From a virus (lineage: Duplodnaviria > Caudoviricetes): a stretch of DNA of 40,938 nucleotides. The notes beneath the pieces were generated by a model that ran no database searches, was not told where the DNA came from, and was given only the letters and a program-made list of their open reading frames with translations. Numbering within the stretch: the first letter of the stretch is position 1; each line of letters opens with the position of its first letter. The position numbers and the translations under genes are program-made. Below, in pieces: positions 35,667 through 40,938 of the stretch. The stretch is from positions 1 through 40,938 of the IMG/VR virus record IMGVR_UViG_3300032269_000201; one strand, given 5' to 3'.

Positions 35667-35866
35667 AAGTAACCAAGGCTCGTTCATTTACTAAATCATT
35701 AAGTTATAGAATCTTTGGAACACTAAGTTCCTTTGCTGTTGCCTATGCTATTACTGGTAAGGGAAGCCTGTCTGCATTTATTGCTATGTGGGAAACAGTA
35801 GTCAAGGTTGGTATCTACTACTGGCATGAAAGAATCTGGAACAAAGTTAAATGGGGCAGAAAATAA
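35663..35866 (+). CDS. DUF2061-like small membrane protein
   Basis: RS..K..SYR..GT...YY.HERIW..V.WG. Confidence 0.8.
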   Translation: MKVTKARSFTKSLSYRIFGTLSSFAVAYAITGKGSLSAFIAMWETVVKVGIYYWHERIWNKVKWGRK

Positions 35867-35879
35867 CTAAGGAGTAGGC

Positions 35880-37886
35880 ATGGTATCAAGAGCACCTGAC
35901 ATTACAGAGCGCACGATAATTGATTTATCGGGGCGCTTGTCTACTTATTATGACTTAAATGCTAACGCCTTTGATGTGGCTATTGCTGGTCTGCCATTCA
36001 TTATGGCTGTCACAGACAACACACCATACAAGCGACAGACTGCAGAGTTTCGTGCTCAGCGCGTAGACCAGATGCGTGACCCAGGTGAGCACACTTTGGC
36101 TGGCTCAGGTTACTGGACTCGTTCACAATCTTCTTGGCACTACGGTGAAGGTATTAACTTTACTGAACCTATGGAAGGTAACGACAACGAAGTTCGCTTT
36201 CGTTTTAAAGATTCCTATGGCATAGATGTCTGGACACCAGGACAACTTAACCTACTTAAAAAGACCACACTTGTTCAAGCATTTTCTGGCAAAGTTACAC
36301 TTGCCTCAGGTAATGATTCAGTAACAAATAAAATCTTTGCAGTTAACGAAGCACCTTATACCGCAGCAGGCACAGCAATCTATAAGATAACAACTGCTGG
36401 TACATCCACCGCATTTGCTACTTATGCTGACCTTGGCAGTAAAACAATTCTTTCACAAACTTCTGATGGTCAGACTCTTTATGTGTCTAATGATACAACG
36501 GTTTATGACATTGACATGACAAGCGGTGCAGTACATGCTGCCTATACATGGAGCAAGACACCATCATCTGTTAAATTAAAATATGTTAAGTCTCGCGTGA
36601 TTGCAGCAGTTACATACACAGATGGATTATCTGCAGCCTATGACCTTACCTTTCCAAACAAAGGTAGCGGTGCTGCCATTCTTACTTCCACTCTTACTGC
36701 TATCAATGGTTCAACTACCCTTGCAAAGAACTGGGTATGGACTGGTATCACAGAAGCAATCACATCTATCTACATTGGTGGCAACGCTGGTGAACACTCT
36801 GCATTATTTAAACTACAGGTAGATAATACTGGTGCACTTGGCACCCTTGTAACTGTAGCCAACTTACCACGAGGCGAAGTTATTACATCTTTGTATGGAT
36901 ACCTTGGCACATACATCATGCTTGGCACTAGCAAAGGCGCTCGCATTGCAACATCAGATACCAACGGTGACTTAACTTATGGTCCACTTGTTTACCACGA
37001 TGAAGATGGTGTCTATGATTTTGAAGCACGCGATTCTTATGTGTGGGCTGGCAACACTGGCGGAGTAAATGGAAACTCAGGAACAACCCGCATTAACTTA
37101 GCCCAACCTATTACCCTTATCGGATATGCCCAACCTATCTCAACAGGTGTATATGCCCGTGCTACAGATGTATATGCCGATGCTATAAGTGGGCGCGTAC
37201 AATCTATTCGTATCTTTGATTCACCAAGCCGTGTTGTTTTCTCTATCAATGGCTCAGGTGTATGGATGGAACATGCCACTGACCTAGTTGAGTCAGGTGT
37301 AATCCGCGGCGGTAAGATTCGTTACGACACCATGGAGAATAAAGCATGGAAGCGCGTGCGCGTTCGTACTGTAAACGATGAAGCCAATGGCGACATTGAA
37401 ATCTACAAAATGAATTACAACTCTGATGAAATTATTACTACAATTTTTGAGGGCAACAGCACGGCTGCGGATATAGATTTACAAAACTCTTACCCAGGTA
37501 TTAACCCAGATGCTGCATTTAAATTAGAGTTATACCGCAACTCAACTGATGCAACCACTGGTCCAGTAGTAGTGGGCTTAGCAGTTAAGGCTTTGCCTTC
37601 ACCTACCCGTGCTCGTGTTCTACAGATACCTGTCTTTATGTTTGATAAAGAAACAGATAAGACTGGAAACATTATTGGCTACGAAGGCTACGCTCGTGAG
37701 CGTTTGTTTGCGCTTGAAACAGTTGAAAGTATTGGTGCAACAATCATTGTTCAGGACTTTACCGCTGGTGGAGAACCTGTTGAGTGTGTGATTGAACAAA
37801 TTACATTCACTCGTGCTACACCATCTGCTCGTAACTACTCAGGCTTTGGCGGCATCTGCCAAATCATCGCTCGCACTGTCGTATAA
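35880..37886 (+). CDS. Putative tail nozzle (tubular protein B-like, beta-propeller)
   Basis: 668 aa, beta-rich; last structural gene before lysis. Confidence 0.65.
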   Translation: MVSRAPDITERTIIDLSGRLSTYYDLNANAFDVAIAGLPFIMAVTDNTPYKRQTAEFRAQRVDQMRDPGEHTLAGSGYWTRSQSSWHYGEGINFTEPMEGNDNEVRFRFKDSYGIDVWTPGQLNLLKKTTLVQAFSGKVTLASGNDSVTNKIFAVNEAPYTAAGTAIYKITTAGTSTAFATYADLGSKTILSQTSDGQTLYVSNDTTVYDIDMTSGAVHAAYTWSKTPSSVKLKYVKSRVIAAVTYTDGLSAAYDLTFPNKGSGAAILTSTLTAINGSTTLAKNWVWTGITEAITSIYIGGNAGEHSALFKLQVDNTGALGTLVTVANLPRGEVITSLYGYLGTYIMLGTSKGARIATSDTNGDLTYGPLVYHDEDGVYDFEARDSYVWAGNTGGVNGNSGTTRINLAQPITLIGYAQPISTGVYARATDVYADAISGRVQSIRIFDSPSRVVFSINGSGVWMEHATDLVESGVIRGGKIRYDTMENKAWKRVRVRTVNDEANGDIEIYKMNYNSDEIITTIFEGNSTAADIDLQNSYPGINPDAAFKLELYRNSTDATTGPVVVGLAVKALPSPTRARVLQIPVFMFDKETDKTGNIIGYEGYARERLFALETVESIGATIIVQDFTAGGEPVECVIEQITFTRATPSARNYSGFGGICQIIARTVV

Positions 37887-37899
37887 GGGGAACCTTCCA

Positions 37900-38154
37900 A
37901 TGTCATCTGACACAGCCACTATTGTTTATTCTTACTTCTTTGTTATTGTAGCGCTGCTTGCTGGTGTAGGAATAATAGCAAGACACACTATCTTAAAGTA
38001 TACGGAAGAACTTAAAGATAAATTAAATAGGATTGAATATGCCTTGTATAACGATGGGCATACTGGCTTAATAAATAAAGTTGACCAACTAATTGAAAAC
38101 CAACAACAAATAAAAATTGATGTTGAAGTAATGAAATCAAAGGTGGAAGCATGA
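37900..38154 (+). CDS. Membrane protein of the lysis cassette (TM plus coiled coil)
   Basis: AAGGGG RBS before ATG 37900; overlaps the endolysin start. Confidence 0.7.
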   Translation: MSSDTATIVYSYFFVIVALLAGVGIIARHTILKYTEELKDKLNRIEYALYNDGHTGLINKVDQLIENQQQIKIDVEVMKSKVEA

Positions 38155-38648
38155 GCCAAATAGATGATTTTCTAGCCATAGCCAAGGCTGAGGTTGGAAC
38201 TATTGAAGGTCCAAAAGATAACGAAACAAAGTACGGTGCTTTCACTAAGCATAACTTTCAACCATGGTGTGGTTCGTTTGTCATGTGGTGTGCAGCGCAA
38301 GTAAAACTAAAAATTCCTAATGTGGTCTGGACTCCTGGCGGAGTTGAAGGATTCAAAGGAATAGGTGCTTGGAACAATGCAGCGACTGCATCGCCAAAGC
38401 CTGGCGACATTGTGTTCTTTGACTTCGTAGAAGGCGGAGCACCAGTGGAACATGTGGGTATTGTGCTCAAAGATAATCTTGATGGCACAGTAACTACTAT
38501 TGAAGGCAACACTTCACCTGAAAAAAAGAAAGGCTCACAAGCCAATGGTGGACAGGTAGCGGAGCGTATCCGTGCCTATAAGAAAGATAACAAGCGCAAA
38601 CTCACGGCTACTATTGTGGGCTTTGGCAGACCGAAATGGAGTAAGTAA
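38151..38648 (+). CDS. Endolysin, CHAP amidase/peptidase
   Basis: PWCGSFV, PGDIVFF, HVGIV, TIEGNT. Confidence 0.92.
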   Translation: MSQIDDFLAIAKAEVGTIEGPKDNETKYGAFTKHNFQPWCGSFVMWCAAQVKLKIPNVVWTPGGVEGFKGIGAWNNAATASPKPGDIVFFDFVEGGAPVEHVGIVLKDNLDGTVTTIEGNTSPEKKKGSQANGGQVAERIRAYKKDNKRKLTATIVGFGRPKWSK

Positions 38649-38842
38649 TGTCCCCTAAATTCAAAGAACAAATCTCAAGTATTGCTGGCACATACATTCG
38701 TGCCTTTGTTGCTGGTGCAACAACAGCCTATGCAGTAGGAGCAACAGCCCCTTCTGATTATGTTAAGGCTGGCATTGCATCTGTGTTGCCTATCCTTATG
38801 CGTTGGGCAAACCCAAAGGATTCATTCCCAACCAAGAAGTAA
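38648..38842 (+). CDS. Holin
   Basis: Two hydrophobic segments, R.F.A and RW.NP.D motifs, after the endolysin. Confidence 0.75.
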   Translation: MSPKFKEQISSIAGTYIRAFVAGATTAYAVGATAPSDYVKAGIASVLPILMRWANPKDSFPTKK

Positions 38843-38863
38843 CCTTTAGTAACCTAACAGATT

Positions 38864-38893
38864 AGCCCCTCGCTTTATGCGGGGGGCTTTTTT
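38864..38893 (+). terminator. Rho-independent terminator ending the late operon
   Basis: AGCCCCTCGC-tttat-GCGGGGGGCT followed by a T run. Confidence 0.9.
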
Positions 38894-38896
38894 GCT

Positions 38897-39064
38897 TTAT
38901 CCGCCTGTTGAGTAGAAGCCACTGCCATTAAACTTAACAGGTATTACTGAGTACACCTGACCCATGACTTCACCACAACAAGAAGGTGACCAGTCACTAC
39001 CCATTGGCTTATCTATTTCTTGAACGCCACCACACACGGCACATTTGTAATCATACTTTGCCAT
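38897..39064 (-). CDS. FmdB-family zinc-ribbon protein (55 aa)
   Basis: Translated by hand: MAKYDYKCAVCG...CCG..M...F.GSGFYST. Confidence 0.85.
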   Translation of the reverse strand: MAKYDYKCAVCGGVQEIDKPMGSDWSPSCCGEVMGQVYSVIPVKFNGSGFYSTGG

Positions 39065-39197
39065 TTAATAACTTCTTTAATGTATTAAGTCTGCGTAGGC
39101 GAGCACGCTGTTCTGTCTTAATACCATAAGTAAAACCAATTTTAAACATAGTGATGTTGCTCACAATTAAAGCCACAAAAAAAATAATTACTTTCAT
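39051..39197 (-). CDS. Small membrane protein (48 aa, MKVIIFFVALIVS...)
   Basis: Translated by hand; ATGA overlap with the upstream gene. Confidence 0.65.
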   Translation of the reverse strand: MKVIIFFVALIVSNITMFKIGFTYGIKTEQRARLRRLNTLKKLLNGKV

Positions 39198-39490
39198 GCT
39201 ATGACATCCACTGGAGTAGGTACAGTAACAAGTGCATCACATTCAGCACACTCAGCATTTACAAACCACATACTGATGTCACCATCTTCAAACATACATC
39301 CCACTTTAAATAAGCGGGAGCCACACGAGCACACATGGATAGGACCAAGGCTACGCAAATCAATTCTGCTATCCTTAACCACTGCTCGGCGTTGGAGCCT
39401 CGCTAGTCCTCTACTTAATATGCTGAACACGAACAGCAGTGTACACACAAATTGAATTACATGTTTGTTATTCACTTCGGCGTGTCGCAC
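39194..39490 (-). CDS. Zinc-binding hypothetical protein (true start probably further downstream)
   Basis: P.HVC.CGS...C..C...VTVPTP.D. Confidence 0.7.
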   Translation of the reverse strand: MRHAEVNNKHVIQFVCTLLFVFSILSRGLARLQRRAVVKDSRIDLRSLGPIHVCSCGSRLFKVGCMFEDGDISMWFVNAECAECDALVTVPTPVDVIA

Positions 39491-39537
39491 AATAGAGCAG
39501 ACATTGCGTAGTAGTCTCCCCTATTGAAGGAGAAACA

Positions 39538-40374
39538 ATGACACTTGAACAAGTTACGGGAAAGAACTACATCTCCCACTCCGCCATGTCAACATGGCTT
39601 GGGTGCGGATGGCAGTACTACCTCACCCGTGTACAAAATGTAGCAGAGTCACCTTCCTACTGGCTTGCTGGTGGTAAGGCTGTACATGAGTGCACAGAAA
39701 TCTATGACATCAAGCCTGAGGGTTTCGACCCAACTGCTATGTTCATAGAACGATGGGAACATAACTACAAGATGGTGGACAACGGTATGCCTTGGCGTGC
39801 TGGTGGTCGTGCTACCAAGGCTTTTCCTAATAAGGAAGATGCTGAATGGTGGTTGGCTGCAGGTCCACGCATGGTGGAATCATGGATGCAGTTCCGTGAA
39901 GATAGTGGATGGCACATTTGGGAAACCCCCGCTGGCATACCCGCTATTGAAACTGAAATGAATCAACAAATCAACGGCGTAAACATTAAAGCGTTCCTTG
40001 ACCGCATAATGGTTGCGCCTACTGGCGAGTTGGTAATTGTAGATATTAAGACAGGGGCTGAACCTAAGTCCCAGACACAACTTGGTATCTATGCAGTCCT
40101 TGTGGAGAAAACCTTTGGTATTCGCCCACAACTTGGCAGTTATTTCATGGCACGCACAGGAGAATTAACTGCTCCTGTTAGTCTTGAGCGCTTTACTGAG
40201 GCACGCCTCGGCTCATGGGCTAAGGGTTTTGAGATAGCAGTAAGTAACAAAATCTTTATTCCATCAACTGGGTTTATGTGTGGCACATGCTCCGTAAACT
40301 CATCATGTTATGCAGTGGGTGGCAAAGACTCACACCTTTATCCAGAGATACCTATAGGAGAACCAAATGACTGA
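39538..40374 (+). CDS. RecB-like / Cas4-like PD-(D/E)XK exonuclease
   Basis: IS.S....W..C, G.AVH, LDRI, IVDIKTG, QLG.YA, C..C.....C; AAGGAG RBS. Confidence 0.9.
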   Translation: MTLEQVTGKNYISHSAMSTWLGCGWQYYLTRVQNVAESPSYWLAGGKAVHECTEIYDIKPEGFDPTAMFIERWEHNYKMVDNGMPWRAGGRATKAFPNKEDAEWWLAAGPRMVESWMQFREDSGWHIWETPAGIPAIETEMNQQINGVNIKAFLDRIMVAPTGELVIVDIKTGAEPKSQTQLGIYAVLVEKTFGIRPQLGSYFMARTGELTAPVSLERFTEARLGSWAKGFEIAVSNKIFIPSTGFMCGTCSVNSSCYAVGGKDSHLYPEIPIGEPND

Positions 40375-40786
40375 ATCGCTATACCAAGTAAATGTAAAGA
40401 CACCTAAGGGTACTTTACTAAACATCCGCGCAACATCAGATGCTGAACTAGATGCAGCACTTGATGGTTTGACATTACGCATTGCATCAATTGCTGATTT
40501 AGAATCATCTATTGATGCTATCTGTGCTCTAACTAATGGTGGTCTTAAGCCAGAAATTGTTAGCCACACACCAGTAGCAGCAGTTGCTCCGTCACACCCA
40601 GCACCAGTGCAAGCAGCACCAGCGGGTTACTCACCTACTCGTGCTATCCCTGATTGCTCATGTGGTGGTGGACAGATGCGCCATGTACCAGCAGGTATTG
40701 CTAAGGCTACAGGTCGCCCATACAAGGCGTTTTATGCATGTCCTAAGCCTCAGGGACAGGCTTGCCAAAATAAGGTACCTGCATAA
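40367..40786 (+). CDS. Replication/recombination accessory protein with Pro/Ala linker and C-terminal zinc finger
   Basis: Between exonuclease and helicase; C.C.G.M....G....GRPY..F.AC......C. Confidence 0.7.
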   Translation: MTESLYQVNVKTPKGTLLNIRATSDAELDAALDGLTLRIASIADLESSIDAICALTNGGLKPEIVSHTPVAAVAPSHPAPVQAAPAGYSPTRAIPDCSCGGGQMRHVPAGIAKATGRPYKAFYACPKPQGQACQNKVPA

Positions 40787-40789
40787 CAG

Positions 40790-40938
40790 ATGCGCCTACT
40801 CAGCCGTGCTATTAAGACAGCATCACAAGGGGGTGCAACACTTCCTGTTGTGTGGCACTCGCTCGCTGCTCAACAAATAGCAATCCGTTACGGCGAGGTA
40901 AGCATGATTGCTGGACCGCCAGGGGCAGGCAAGTCAAC
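40790..40938 (+). CDS. Helicase, 5' part (continues at the window start)
   Basis: ATG 40790 is in frame with 2-754. Confidence 0.88.
   Translation, partial: MRLLSRAIKTASQGGATLPVVWHSLAAQQIAIRYGEVSMIAGPPGAGKS
40816..40938 (+). repeat. Terminal direct repeat, right copy
   Basis: Identical to 1-123. Confidence 0.97.

Noticed and set aside
39538-40374. cas4 / CRISPR system
   Set aside because: Stand-alone phage RecB-like nuclease; no other cas genes and no array
40816-40938. 123-bp repeat as a biological terminal repeat
   Set aside because: It cuts the helicase gene mid-frame, so it is best explained as assembler circular overlap
1-40938. tRNA genes, integrase, reverse transcriptase / diversity-generating retroelement
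   Set aside because: No cloverleaf in the few intergenic gaps and no matching protein motifs seen; tRNAscan-SE and HMM searches would confirm

Overview
The window is a complete, circularly assembled dsDNA phage genome of about 40.8 kb (bases 1-123 repeat at 40816-40938, splitting the helicase gene). WhiB, an actinobacterial-type lytic transglycosylase, a split primase and a CHAP endolysin point to an actinobacterial host; resemblance to freshwater actinophages is my inference. The virion looks podovirus-like: terminase, portal, large internal proteins, scaffold, capsid, tail tubular proteins and fibres, and no tape measure. No integrase, DNA polymerase or tRNA was recognised. Layout: rightward replication block (39538-5282, across the join), leftward early block of small genes (10123-5394), repeat-rich divergent non-coding region (about 10124-10780), and rightward virion/lysis block (10781-38842). 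Main unexplained signals: (1) a TTAA-centred imperfect palindrome (core TGTCTTAA/TTAAGACA), at least 35 exact copies, half of them in the 4.4-kb early region and many inside codons; (2) CRP-type TGTGA-N6-TCACA boxes upstream of four early promoters; (3) a shared early ribosome-binding site, GACAGGAGA, that reappears in the loop of the convergent hairpin; (4) a sulfation cassette (sulfotransferase, APS kinase-HIGH nucleotidyltransferase fusion, DUF2061-like protein) among the tail genes; (5) an ADP-ribosyltransferase-like domain in the 1938-aa virion protein; (6) two predicted intergenic pseudoknots in the late operon. All counts were made by eye and all product calls come from motif recognition, not database searches.
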